Shown here piece after piece: positions 48,826 through 63,175 of a stretch of 64,000 nt of DNA (positions within the stretch are counted from its first letter, which is position 1; each line of letters starts with the position of its first letter). Position numbers and translations under genes: made by a program. The notes below the pieces were generated by a model, which saw nothing but the letters and a program-made list of their open reading frames with translations, did no database searches and had not been told where the DNA came from. This stretch comes from Eledone cirrhosa (lineage: Eukaryota), in contig OZ024740.1 of assembly GCA_964016885.1 (NCBI GenBank), forward strand, positions 386,942,001-387,006,000, written 5' to 3'.

Positions 48826-51800
48826 CTAGAGCTATATGATTGAAGTGAACAACTCTAGAACCTCACGACTGTAAAGTGAACAGCTCTAGAACCAAACAAC
48901 TGTGAAGTGAACAATTCTAGAACAACATGACTGTAAAGTGAACAATTCTAGAACAACATGACTGTAAAGTGAACAATTCTAGAACAACATGACTGTAAAG
49001 TGAACAACTCTAGAACAACATGACTGTAAAGTGAACAACTCTAGAACATGACTGTAAAGTGAACACCTCTAGAACATGACTGTAAAGTGAACAACTCTAG
49101 AACATGATTGAAGTGAACAACTCTAGAACATGACTGTAAAGTGAACAACTCTAGAACAACATGACTGTAAAGTGAACAACTCTAGAACAACATGACTGTA
49201 AAGTGAACAACTCTAGAACAACATGACTGTAAAGTGAACAACTCTAGAACAACATGACTGTAAAGTGAACAACTCTAGAACATGACTGCAAAGTGAACAA
49301 CTCTAGAACAACATGACTGTAAAGTGAACAACTCTAGAACAACATGACTGTAAAGTCAACAACTCTAGAACAACATGACTGTAAAGTGAACAACATGACT
49401 GTAAAGTGAACAACTCTAGAACATGACTGTAAAGTGAACAACTCTAGAACAACATGACTGTAAAGTAAACAGTTCTAGAACAACATGACTAAAGTGAACA
49501 ACTCTAGAACAACATGACTGTAAAGTGAACAACTCTAGAACAACATGACTGTAAAGTGAACAACTCTAGAACCACATGACTGTAAAGTGAACAACTCTAG
49601 AACCACATGACTGTAAAGTGAACAACTCTAGAACCACATGACTGTAAAGTGAACAACTCTAGAACCACATGACTGTAAAGTGAACAACTCTAGAACCACA
49701 TGACTGTAAAGTGAACAACTCTAGAACCACATGACTGTAAAGTGAACAACTCTAGAACCACATGACTGAAGTGACCAACTCTAGAACAACATGACTGAAG
49801 TGAACAACTCTAGAACAACATGACTGTAAAGTGAACAGTTCTAGAACAACATGACTGTAAAGTGAACAGTTCTAGAACAACATGACTGTAAAGTGAACAA
49901 CTCTAGAACAACATGACTGTAAAGTGAACAACTCTAGAACAACATGACTGTAAAGTGAACAACTCTAGAACAACATGACTGTAAAGTGAACAACTCTAGA
50001 ACAACATGACTGTAAAGTGAACAACTCTAGAACAACATGACTGTAAAGTGAACAACTCTAGAACAACATGACTGTAAAGTGAACAACTCTAGAACCACAT
50101 GACTGTAAAGTGAACAACTCTAGAACCACATGACTGTAAAGTGAACAACTCTAGAACCACATGACTGTAAAGTGAACAACTCTAGAACCACATGACTGTA
50201 AAGTGAACAACTCTAGAACCACATGACTGTAAAGTGAACAACTCTAGAACCACATGACTGTAAAGTGAACAACTCTAGAACCACATGACTGTAAAGTGAA
50301 CAACTCTAGAACCACATGACTGAAGTGACCAACTCTAGAACAACATGACTGAAGTGAACAACTCTAGAACAACATGACTGTAAAGTGAACAGTTCTAGAA
50401 CAACATGACTGTAAAGTGAACAGTTCTAGAACAACATGACTGTAAAGTGAACAACTCTAGAACAACATGACTGTGAAGTGAACAACTCTAGAACAACATG
50501 ACTGTAAAGTGAACAACTCTAGAACAACATGACTGTAAAGTGAACAACTCTAGAACAACATGACTGTAAAGTGAACAACTCTAGAACAACATGACTGTAA
50601 AGTGAACAACTCTATAACAACATGACTGTAAAGTGAACAACTCTAGAACAACATGACTGTAAAGTGAACAACTCTAGAACAACATGACTGTAAAGTGAAC
50701 AACTCTAGAACAACATGACTAAAGTGAACAACTCTAGAACAACATGAATGTAAAGTGAACAACTCTAGAACAACATGACTGTAAAGTGAACAACTCTAGA
50801 ACAACATGACTGTAAAGTGAACAACTCTAGAACAACATGACTGTAAAGTGAACAACTCTAGAACAACATGACTGTAAAGTGAACAACTCTAGAACAACAG
50901 GATTGTAAAGTGAACAACTCTAGAACAACATGACTGAAGTGAACAACTCTAGAACAACATGACTAAAGTGAACAACTCTAGAACAACATGACTGTAAAGT
51001 GAACAACTCTAGAACAACATGACTGTAAAGTGAACAACTCCAGAACAACATGACTGTAAAGTGAACAACTCTAGAACAACATGACTGTAAAGTGAACAAC
51101 TCTAGAACAACATGACTGTAAAGTGAACAACTCTAGAACCACATGATTGAAGTGAACAACTCTAGAACAACATGACTGAAGTGAACAACTCTAGAACAAC
51201 ATGACTGAAGTGAACAACTCTAGAACAACATGACTAAAGTGAACAACTCTAGAACAACATGACTAAAGTGAACAACTCTAGAACAACATGACTAAAGTGA
51301 ACAACTCTAGAACAACATGACTAAAGTGAACAACTCTAGAACAACATGACTAAAGTGAACAACTCTAGAACAACATGACTAAAGTGAACAACTCTAGAAC
51401 AACATGACTAAAGTGAACAACTCTAGAACAACATGACTAAAGTGAACAACTCTAGAACAACATGACTGTAAAGTGAACAACTCTAGAACAACATGACTGA
51501 AGTGAACAATTCTAGAACCACATGACTGTAAAGTGAACAACTCTAGAACAACATGACTGAAGTGAACAGCTCTAGAACAACATGACTGTAAAGTGAACAA
51601 CTCTAGAACAACATGATTGTAAAGTGAACAACTCTAGAACAACATGATTGTAAAGTGAACAACTCTAGAACAACATGATTGTAAAGTGAACAACTCTAGA
51701 ACAACATGACTGTAAAGTGAACAACTCTAGAACAACATGACTGAAGTGAACAACTCTAGAACCACATGACTGTAAAGTGAACAACTCTAGAACAACATGA

Positions 51801-54800
51801 CTGTAAAGTGAACAACTCTAGAACAACATGACTAAAGTGAACAACTCTAGAACAACATGACTGTAAAGTGAACAACTCTAGAACAACATGACTGTAAAGT
51901 GAACAACTCTAGAACAACATGACTGTAAAGTGAACAACTCTAGAACAACATGACTGTAAAGTGAACAACTCTAGAACAACATGACTGTAAAGTGAACAAC
52001 TCTAGAACAACATGACTGTAAAGTGAACAACTCTAGAACAACATGACTGTAAAGTGAACAACTCTAGAACCACATGACTGTAAAGTGAACAACTCTAGAA
52101 CCACATGACTGTAAAGTGAACAACTCTAGAACCACATGACTGTAAAGTGAACAACTCTAGAACCACATGACTGTAAAGTGAACAACTCTAGAACCACATG
52201 ACTGTAAAGTGAACAACTCTAGAACCACATGACTGTAAAGTGAACAACTCTAGAACCACATGACTGTAAAGTGAACAACTCTAGAACCACATGACTGAAG
52301 TGACCAACTCTAGAACAACATGACTGAAGTGAACAACTCTAGAACAACATGACTGTAAAGTGAACAGTTCTAGAACAACATGACTGTAAAGTGAACAGTT
52401 CTAGAACAACATGACTGTAAAGTGAACAACTCTAGAACAACATGACTGTGAAGTGAACAACTCTAGAACAACATGACTGTAAAGTGAACAACTCTAGAAC
52501 AACATGACTGTAAAGTGAACAACTCTAGAACAACATGACTGTAAAGTGAACAACTCTAGAACAACATGACTGTAAAGTGAACAACTCTATAACAACATGA
52601 CTGTAAAGTGAACAACTCTAGAACAACATGACTGTAAAGTGAACAACTCTAGAACAACATGACTGTAAAGTGAACAACTCTAGAACAACATGACTAAAGT
52701 GAACAACTCTAGAACAACATGAATGTAAAGTGAACAACTCTAGAACAACATGACTGTAAAGTGAACAACTCTAGAACAACATGACTGTAAAGTGAACAAC
52801 TCTAGAACAACATGACTGTAAAGTGAACAACTCTAGAACAACATGACTGTAAAGTGAACAACTCTAGAACAACAGGATTGTAAAGTGAACAACTCTAGAA
52901 CAACATGACTGAAGTGAACAACTCTAGAACAACATGACTAAAGTGAACAACTCTAGAACAACATGACTGTAAAGTGAACAACTCTAGAACAACATGACTG
53001 TAAAGTGAACAACTCCAGAACAACATGACTGTAAAGTGAACAACTCTAGAACAACATGACTGTAAAGTGAACAACTCTAGAACAACATGACTGTAAAGTG
53101 AACAACTCTAGAACCACATGATTGAAGTGAACAACTCTAGAACAACATGACTGAAGTGAACAACTCTAGAACAACATGACTGAAGTGAACAACTCTAGAA
53201 CAACATGACTAAAGTGAACAACTCTAGAACAACATGACTAAAGTGAACAACTCTAGAACAACATGACTAAAGTGAACAACTCTAGAACAACATGACTAAA
53301 GTGAACAACTCTAGAACAACATGACTAAAGTGAACAACTCTAGAACAACATGACTAAAGTGAACAACTCTAGAACAACATGACTAAAGTGAACAACTCTA
53401 GAACAACATGACTAAAGTGAACAACTCTAGAACAACATGACTGTAAAGTGAACAACTCTAGAACAACATGACTGAAGTGAACAATTCTAGAACCACATGA
53501 CTGTAAAGTGAACAACTCTAGAACAACATGACTGAAGTGAACAGCTCTAGAACAACATGACTGTAAAGTGAACAACTCTAGAACAACATGATTGTAAAGT
53601 GAACAACTCTAGAACAACATGATTGTAAAGTGAACAACTCTAGAACAACATGATTGTAAAGTGAACAACTCTAGAACAACATGACTGTAAAGTGAACAAC
53701 TCTAGAACAACATGACTGAAGTGAACAACTCTAGAACCACATGACTGTAAAGTGAACAACTCTAGAACAACATGACTGTAAAGTGAACAACTCTAGAACA
53801 ACATGACTAAAGTGAACAACTCTAGAACAACATGACTGTAAAGTGAACAACTCTAGAACAACATGACTGAAGTGAACAACTCTAGAACAACATGACTGTA
53901 AAGTGAACAACTCTAGAACAACATGACTGAAGTGAACAACTCTAGAACCACATGACTGTAAAGTGAACAACTCTAGAACAACATGACTGTAAAGTGAACA
54001 ACTCTAGAACAACATGACTGTAAAGTGAACAACTCTAGAACAACATGACTGTAAAGTGAACAACTCTAGAACAACATGACTGAAGTGAATAACTAGAACC
54101 ACATGACTGAAGTGAACAACTCTAGAACAACATGACTGAAGTGAACAACTCTAGAACAACATGACTGTAAAGTGAACAACTCTAGAACCACATGACTGTA
54201 AAGTGAACAACTCTAGAACCACATGACTGTAAAGTGAACAACTCTAGAACCACATGACTGAAGTGAACAACTCTAGAACAACATGACTGAAGTGAACAAC
54301 TCTAGAACAACATGACTGAAGTAAACAACTCTAGAACAACATGACTGAAGTAAACAACTCTAGAACAACATGACTGAAGTGAACAACTCTAGAACAACAT
54401 GACTGAAGTGAACAACTCTAGAACCACATGACTGAAGTGAACAACTCTAGAACCACATGACTGAAGTGAACAACTCTAGAACAACATGACTGAAGTGAAC
54501 AACTCTAGAACAACATGACTGTAAAGTGAACAACTCTAGAACCACATGACTGTAAAGTGAACAACTCTAGAACCACATGACTGAAGTGAACAACTCTAGA
54601 ACAACATGACTGAAGTGAACAACTCTAGAACAACATGACTGAAGTGAACAACTCTAGAACAACATGACTGAAGTAAACAACTCTAGAACAACATGACTGA
54701 AGTGAACAACTCTAGAACCACATGACTGTAAAGTGAACAACTCTAGAACAACATGACTGTAAAGTGAACAACTCTAGAACAACATGACTGTAAAGTGAAC

Positions 54801-57350
54801 AACTCTAGAACAACATGACTGTAAAGTGAACAACTCTAGAACCACATGACTGTAAAGTGAACAACTCTAGAACAACATGACTGTAAAGTGAACAACATGA
54901 CTGTAAAGTGAACAACTCTAGAACAACATGACTGTAAAGTGAACAACTCTAGAACAACACGACTGTAAAGTGAACAACTCTAGAACAACATGACTGTAAA
55001 GTGAACAACTCTAGAACCACATGACTGAAGTGAACAACTCTAGAACGACATAACTGTAAGGTGAACAACTTTAGAACAACATGACTGTAAAGTGAACAAC
55101 TCTAGAACAACATGACTGTAAAGTGAACAACTCTAGAACAACATGACTGAAGTGAACAACTCTAGAACAACATGACTGAAGTGAACAACTCTAGAACAAC
55201 ATGACTGAAGTGAACAACTCTAGAACAACATGACTGTAAAGTGAACAACTCTAGAACAACATGACTGAAGTGAACAACTCTAGAACAACATGACTGTAAA
55301 GTGAACAACTCTAGAACAACATGACTGAAGTGAACAACTCTAGAACAACATGACTGTAAAGTGAACAACTCTAGAACAACATGACTGTAAAGTGAACAAC
55401 TCTAGAACAACATGACTGAAGTGAACAACTCTAGAACAACATGACTGTAAAGTGAACAACTCTAGAACATGACTGAAGTGAACAACTCTAGAACAACATG
55501 ACTGTAAAGTGAACAACTCTAGAACAACATAACTGTAAAGTGAACAACTCTAGAACAACATAACTGTAAAGTGAACAACTCTAGAACAACATAACTGTAA
55601 AGTGAACAACTCTAGAACCACATGATTGAAGTGAACAACTCTAGAACAACATGACTGTAAAGTGAACAACTCTAGAACAACATGACTGAAGTGAACAACT
55701 CTAGAACAACATGACTGTAAAGTGAACAACTCTAGAACAACATGACTGAAGTGAACAACTCTAGAACCACATGACTGTAAAGTGAACAACTATAGAACAA
55801 CATGACTGTAAAGTGAACAACTCTAGAACAACATGACTGTAAAGTGAACAACTCTTGAACAACATGACTGAATTGAACAACTCTAGAACAACATGACTGA
55901 AGTGAACAACTCTAGAACAACATGACTGTAAAGTGAACAACATGACTGTAAAGTGAACAACTCTAGAACCACATGACTGAAGTGAACAACTCTAGAACAA
56001 CATGACTGTAAAGTGAACAACTCTAGAACCACATGACTGAAGTGAACAACTCTAGAACAACATGACTGTAGTGAACAACTCTAGAACCACATGACTGAAG
56101 TGAACAACTCTAGAACCACATGACTGAAGTGAACAACTCTAGAACCACATGACTGAAGTGAACAACATGACTGTAAAGTGAACAACTCTAGAACCACATG
56201 ACTGAAGTGAACAACTCTAGAACCACATGACTGAAGTGAACAACTCTAGAACCACATGACTGAAGTGAACAACTCTAGAACCACATGACTGAAGTGAACA
56301 ACATGACTGTAAAGTGAACAACTCTAGAACCACATGACTGAAGTGAACAACTCTAGAACCACATGACTGAAGTGAACAACTCTAGAACCACATGACTGTA
56401 AAGTGAACAACATGACTGAAGTGAACAACTCTAGAACCACATGACTGTAAAGTGAACAACATGACTGAAGTGAACAACTCTAGAACAACATGACTGTAAA
56501 GTGAACAACTCTAGAACAACATGACTGTAAAGTGAACAACTCTAGAACAACATGACTGAAGTGAACAACTCTAGAACCACATGACTGAAGTGAACAACTC
56601 TAGAACCACATGACTGAAGTGAACAACTCTAGAACCACATGACTGTAAAGTGAACAACTCTAGAACAACATGACTGAAGTGAACAACTCTAGAACCACAT
56701 GACTGAAGTGAACAACTCTAGAACCACATGACTGAAGTGAACAACTCTAGAACATGACTGTAAAGTGAACAACTCTAGAACAACATGACTGTAAAGTGAA
56801 CAACTCTAGAACAACATGACTAAAGTGAACAACTCTAGAACCACATGACTGTAAAGTGAACAACTCTAGAACCACATGACTGTAAAGTGAACAACTCTAG
56901 AACCACATGACTGTAAAGTGAACAACTCTAGAACCACATGACTGAAGTGAACAACTCTAGAACAACGTGACTGTAAAGTGAACAACTCTAGAACAACATG
57001 ACTGTAAAGTGAACAACTCTAGAACAACATGACTGTAAAGTGAACAACTCTAGAACAACATGACTGTAAAGTGAACAACTCTAGAACAACATGACTGTAA
57101 AGTGAACAACTCTAGAACAACATGACTGTAAAGTGAACAACTCTAGAACAACATGACTGTAAAGTGAACAACTCTAAAACAACATGACTGTAAAGTGAAC
57201 AACTCTAAAACAACATGACTGTAAAGTGAACAACTCTAAAACAACATGACTGTAAAGTGAACAACTCTAGAACCACATGACTGAAGTGAACAACTCTAGA
57301 ACCACATGACTGTAAAGTAAACAGATCTAGAACAGGATTGTAAAGTGAAC
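48826..57350. repeat. 8.5-kb satellite of 31-bp (ACTGTAAAGTGAACAACTCTAGAACAACATG) and 29-bp variant units, roughly 280 copies
   Basis: Read directly. Copy number is estimated from length. Nearly every unit contains TCTAGA. Confidence 0.97.
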
Positions 57351-59459
57351 ACAGTGCCATGCCTGTGCTTTTAAAAATTGGCAAGTATACACATAATTAT
57401 TTAAAATTGTTAGGAAATACTTCCCTGAACAATATTCAAGTAATTAAGCAGAATAAAAAAAATTAAACTTTGATGAATCTCAAGAACCAGCAGTTGAAAT
57501 AAAAAATATATCAGAATAAATCAAACCAACAAGATCTTTTAAAGAGATACTCTGAACTCTTTTGGTAAGAACATGATTTTTAAAATATATAATAATTAAC
57601 TTATTACTAGTTCTATAGTTTACAGATTCAAATGTAAATATGACATAAAAAATACTATACATTGAATTACCACAAACCAAATCAAAGCATTCATCAGAAT
57701 AACAATGATGCAATTTTATAGTAAGCAGGATAGATATACCAACAGCTATTTAATCTAGACAACAGAATTCGCAGAATACTTTTATATGATACAAAAGAAA
57801 AATTTAATATAGATATACTTTAGAAAACTAAAAGAGCAAAAGACATTTTACTTTTCCTTCTATTGTAATAGTTTAAGAATAAATTAAATTTTCAAAGAAA
57901 ATTCAGAAGAGAACCTAAACAAGGTTTCCAGAATTACAAGACACCCTGAACAGTTCCTCAAATACTATGTTTCTGTTACACACTTTACACTTCCAACCAA
58001 ACCTCCAAAATATTTCTGACCAAACCTCCAATGTATTCCACAAGATGATCTGCCAGACTATTTTGTTCCTTGCTTGTATTGCTTCTCTCAGGAATAATAC
58101 TTCTTTCAGTTATGTTCGTTTTAGCATATGATCTGTGGTGGTTCATGCTCAGTCTTTTACTCTTCTTCTAAAGTTCATGCCTTTTTATGTGTTCTTTTAT
58201 TGAGAGAAAAATAAAAGAGGAAAAACAATCAATGAATAAAAATTGAAAGTAGAAAATTGCTAAATAATAAACTTTACATGATTAGTAAGGTCCTATACTC
58301 CTCAATGAATATTGGTTTTCTTTTAGACTATATAATGTTGGATATTGGAAGCTACAGTTCTAAAACCCTAATATATAAGAAAAATAACTACTTTATAATG
58401 TATATATCTACATATTTTAATTTGACCAGCTCCTTGTTGCTAACTTAATTAGGTAGTTAAATCAAGAAAACTGAATAATTATTTGAAACAAAAGAAATAT
58501 TGATTATTTACTTCAAATTACCCAAACCAGAAATTTTGGTTTCTCTTGTGCTACATTTGTGGAAACAATTTAAGGCCTTGTTGGGTAAAATGTTTATTTT
58601 TTTTTTTACCCTGCCAGAATATGAACAAGACTGAACAAGAAAAGTCAGCCATCTCAACTAAACAACAGAAATATATAAAAAAAACTTTATAAAGATTCCA
58701 TGGTTATTTTGATATATGAAATGAATTTGTTAATCCAAACTTCTAAAGATAGCTATCATTAAAGCAGTATGAAACTTTGATGTTTAAAATGGGAAATAAT
58801 GTCAGCTCTACTAACTTTACCTCTCTTAAATTTATTTACCTGCTTCCATTTTCCCTCTTATAAAAAGACAGAACTGTTTGTATGAGTATTGGTGAAATCA
58901 GAAGAGAATTTAATTACAAGTTGGAGGGCTGAACACAAATGATTCAAAAGTATTTTAGACAATGAGATACAAGAATATTTTACTAGATAATATGAATTGA
59001 AAATCTGAAAGATTAAAAACAACCTTTTCATGCAAAAACTAAACAAACTTTACAAACCTTTCATTATTTCTAATTTAAAAAAAAAAAAAATGTTTTTTAA
59101 GCATTATCAACCAGATTATTTTCCCTGCATAAATCTCATTTCACTACATTTTTAAACTGAAGCATGAAACAAACAGCTAATGTCTGTGTAAGCATAAATA
59201 CATCACAAAGCTGGTGTTTATAAATTTAGTAGCATGAAGCAGATTAGTGGGTTGATCACATTCTAGATAGGATAGCAGTCTAATGCCAGCAACATTTCCA
59301 AAAGAGCTGATCACTACTGACAACAAATCAGGTTGAATGTAGTGTTCTGTCTACCTGACGGACTTATCACATTGCATGCAACAGATTAACTCACAATACA
59401 TCATTTAAAGTGAGGTCAATTGTAATAATAATTATTATGATGATAATGATAATAATAAT

Positions 59460-59642
59460 TGTTTCTACTTTTTGGCACAAGGCCAGCAATTACCCAGTAT
59501 AATTACTGGTACTTTATTTTATCGACCCCGTAAGGATGAAAGGCAAAGTTAACCTCGGCGGGATTTGAACTCAGATCGTAAAGGGACGTAACTATGCTGG
59601 AAAGCATGTCCGACCCTCTACCAATTCTGCCAATCCACCGCC
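59460..59642 (-). mobile_element. tRNA-derived SINE
   Basis: Near-identical to 20830-21018. Confidence 0.8.
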
Positions 59643-59674
59643 TGATGATAATAATAATGATGATACTATATATC

Positions 59675-60225
59675 TTCTTCATCACTCACATATTCCTGGG
59701 AGAGGGGTACTGGGGGGTTCTTAAGCATGTCTTCCAGTGGGTCCTGTCAGAGGCAACCATCTCCAATTGATCCAGTTGGATGCCCAAGCAAGACTAGCTA
59801 AGCTCATGGATGTTATTCAACCATCTTGCTCAGGGTCTAACCCATAGTAAGAGAGCTGTGATCTCTCATTAGTTGGTTGTGCCCCTAAAATCTGTCCAGT
59901 GATTTTTTTCCTGAGACATTCTAACCACATGGAGTGTTCTGTAGAATATCTACCAACTTCATAATAAGCCATCCTGCACGCCTGCAATCAGGAACACATC
60001 TGGGGTTCTCCTCTCTTCAGAGAGATACAGCCTTGTGAAGTGGAGAGAATACTTTGTAGATCTAATCTCAGTCATAACAGAATCTTCTGATGTACATGTG
60101 GTGTATCTGGGAGCAATGAATAACCTTTCGGAGGCTGAGGTCACTAGAGCAATTAAAGATCTCAAATGTGACAAGGCCGCTGGGGAGGATGAAATCCCGT
60201 CCAAGATATCAAAAGTCTTAAAGAA
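59675..60225. mobile_element. RTE LINE remnant with internal inversion (3' end on -, EN-RT linker on +)
   Basis: 59675-59930 is the reverse complement of the family 3' end. 59955-60225 (KWREYF..EAEVTRAIK.LK..KAAGEDEI) is the reverse complement of about 4130-4390. Confidence 0.7.
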
Positions 60226-60624
60226 GGTATCCTCTGATACTATATATAATATATCTGAAAATAAGGGAGTCCCCAATGCAAAAAATAACTTTAACAACAG
60301 TTAATCACTATAAATAATAGTTTATAAAATCAGGTAAAATACCCCTCGAGACAGAAAAACGTGGCCACTAGCTGCTATGGAGAATTGAACTTTGTATCAC
60401 TTGAATACAATGTGACTATTATACTAAGAGGCAACTGGCCACACAAACTGTCTAAATTAAGGTACTGTACTAAATAGCTTGCAGCTAGAGCCAGAAGTAA
60501 ACAAATCTTATGAACTATTGAAGCCCTAGGTGATTTAAAACTTGAAAATGAGGAAATCCCAAATGCAGAAAATATCTAACAGCTAGAAAATCAGGTAAAA
60601 TCAGGTAAAATACCCCTAGAAACG

Positions 60625-60665
<41 letters not shown>

Positions 60666-60670
<5 letters not shown>

Positions 60671-60975
60671 AAGACCCCCTTTGGTCATGAATGACGATGG
60701 GATTTGAACCTAGAAGGCACAAGTCCAGGCAAGGATGTTTGTGGAAGACCAGAAGTTGCCAATACATACTAGTCTTCCTTCTCTACGCCACTGATGTTGT
60801 CCAAGGGAAAGGCAATGGCCAATACAGCTTGGCACCAGCATCGCAACTCATTTATACAACTGAGTGAACTGGAGCAACGTGAAATAAAGTGTTTTGCTCA
60901 AGAACACAACACAAAGCACGGTCTGGGAATTGAACTCACAACCTCATGATTGTAAGCCTGATGCTCTAACCATTA
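60666..60975 (-). mobile_element. tRNA-derived CORE-like SINE, near full length
   Basis: tRNA-like head at about 60925-60975, CORE-like segment at about 60850-60910, located between TA runs. Confidence 0.65.
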
Positions 60976-61285
60976 ACCCTTATATATACACACACACAAA
61001 ATGCCTGAAGAACTCTTGATTCCTTTTATCCACTGGACCGAATAGCCCTAGACATTGATAAATTTGTATAGTTTTAATACCTTCCCTGCTTCAAATATAC
61101 ATCTCTACATTTATGAGGGAGATTTGTCCACTGAATGAAGGACTCTGAAATCATTGGTAGCACACAGACTCACAGAAGTGATAAAGGATCAATATGTCTG
61201 GAGAGATGCCGTGCTGAGAAGGACCTGTCCAACCCATGCAAGTGTAGAAAAAAGAATGTAAAAATGATGATGATGATGACATGAT

Positions 61286-61322
<37 letters not shown>

Positions 61323-61334
61323 TTTTCTTCCAAA

Positions 61335-62135
61335 TACAACATGGGAAGATACTGACATACTTGGATTTTGCAGATCTAGTTCTACTGGGTACCAAATGCA
61401 ATTAATGATAGATAAACTAAAGGACAACAGTGAAAAGGTTGGTCTGAGGATTAGTATTAAGAAAACAAAACTTCAGAAGATTGGAGATCTGGAGGATGAT
61501 TCTGATATTTGTTTGGAGGTGGTATTTGTAGAGGTTGCTGAAAACTCCACGTACTTGGAGAGTGTACAATCTGACACTGTTGATAATGAAAAAGATGTCA
61601 AAACCAGGTTAGCAAAAGCCAGTTCAGTCTTCAAATGACTTCAGAAAATCTAGGTGTTATATGCGATCAACCAACATATAAAGCTCAAACTGTACTACAC
61701 AACAGTTCTCTCCTCTGTTTTATATGAATGCAAGACTTGGAAATCAACCTCAAAAGTTATTATTCAGTTGGACACCTTCCATATAAGATATCTTCATCAA
61801 ATCATGGAGAGACAGAGTGAAAAACAATGAGTTGTTGAGGTATATACATAATCAAGAAGACTGAACGAAATAGTTGCTGAAAGGTGCATCCAGTTTACTG
61901 GTCACATTTTGTGCCGCCTTGTTAGTTGTCTTGCTAAGATTGATATGTACCGAATACCACCTTGGAGCAAGAAACCTAAAGGTAGACCACTTGGCATAAA
62001 CTATGAAAGAAAACCTGTGAAAAAGAAAACCCAACTGGTACCAGGCTCCAAAACTTGGTCAAGACTGATCAAAATGGAGACGGATTGTGGCCCTTTACTG
62101 TACATCAGCTGGAGGAACAATGAAGGTAAGGTAAA
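61335..62135 (+). mobile_element. Old RTE-like LINE 3' fragment
   Basis: LDFAD.VLL, VGLRISIKKTK, YLES, DVKTRLAKA, many stops, and a short taagg-type tail. Confidence 0.7.
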
Positions 62136-63138
62136 GATATGCTTTGATTTTATGCCATTTTGTTTTATGCTGAGTGACAATAACACCAGTTCCAAATTTA
62201 CCCAAGTTATTCGTACATTTACCATGGCATCACCTGTGCAGTTTTGATCAATCAATATAAAGTTAATGAGAGCATTCATAGATTGATCATTTCATTTCAT
62301 TTACACAATGAATTTGTATATTATCCTTTGTTTTGAATTGATGCCCGTTATATACCTTAACAATTCATATGCAAAAGCTTGTACAGCGGTTATTCATTTC
62401 TGAATAAGTGTTATTTAGCTACTTCAAGAGGTATTTTGTGATTTAATGGTGATTACAAGCAGTAATCACTGTTTACTGTTCATTGGGTATCTGGCCATTT
62501 TAAAATGAAGTTATGTAATAATTCTAACATTGGCACAAGGCCAGCAATGCTGTAGGTGTGGGGAAAGTCACCAAGGATACATAGTACTTAACTGGTACTT
62601 TTTTATTGACCCTAGGAGGATGAAAAGCAAAGTTGACCACAGTTGGATTTGAACTCAGAATGAAGAACATCTTAACTAGTCACCACAAAGTATTTTGTCT
62701 AACGATACCAATACTATCAATCCACCACCCCAAGGCAAAGCTAACCTTGATGGGATTTGAATTCAGAACATAAAGGGACATAATTACATGCTGCAAAGCA
62801 TATTGTCCGACACTAATAATAAGAATTAAAACAGAACAGTATGGTATCTAGAGGAAATTATTGAATCCAAATGCTCAAATTATAATAAAAAAAAAAAAAA
62901 AAAAAAAAACCACCATAAACTTTTTGAAGATAAAATGGAAGTCATTAACCTAATGGTAAGTGGTGACTGCATGGCTAGTGTTTGTAGGGCTGTGATGTCT
63001 TTGTTGCTAAAAGGAAAATCATGAATGTAGAGTAAATAAAAAGTTCAATGAAAAAATTTACCAGAGTAAGTGTGATGCAAGAGAGTTAGTCTCATAATAA
63101 ATTACCATATTTATTTATACATAAGCCGATAAATATGA

Positions 63139-63175
<37 letters not shown>

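Noticed and set aside
41431-57350. Regular arrays that superficially resemble CRISPR, and the FTLQSCCSR ORFs
   Set aside because: These are pure tandem repeats with no unique spacers and no cas genes, in a eukaryotic context. The ORFs are repeat translations.
61128-61160. Hammerhead-like ctgaatga-aggactct-gaaa
   Set aside because: It has an extra base in the core, a stem II that is too short and no clear stem III. At most it is a decayed relic.
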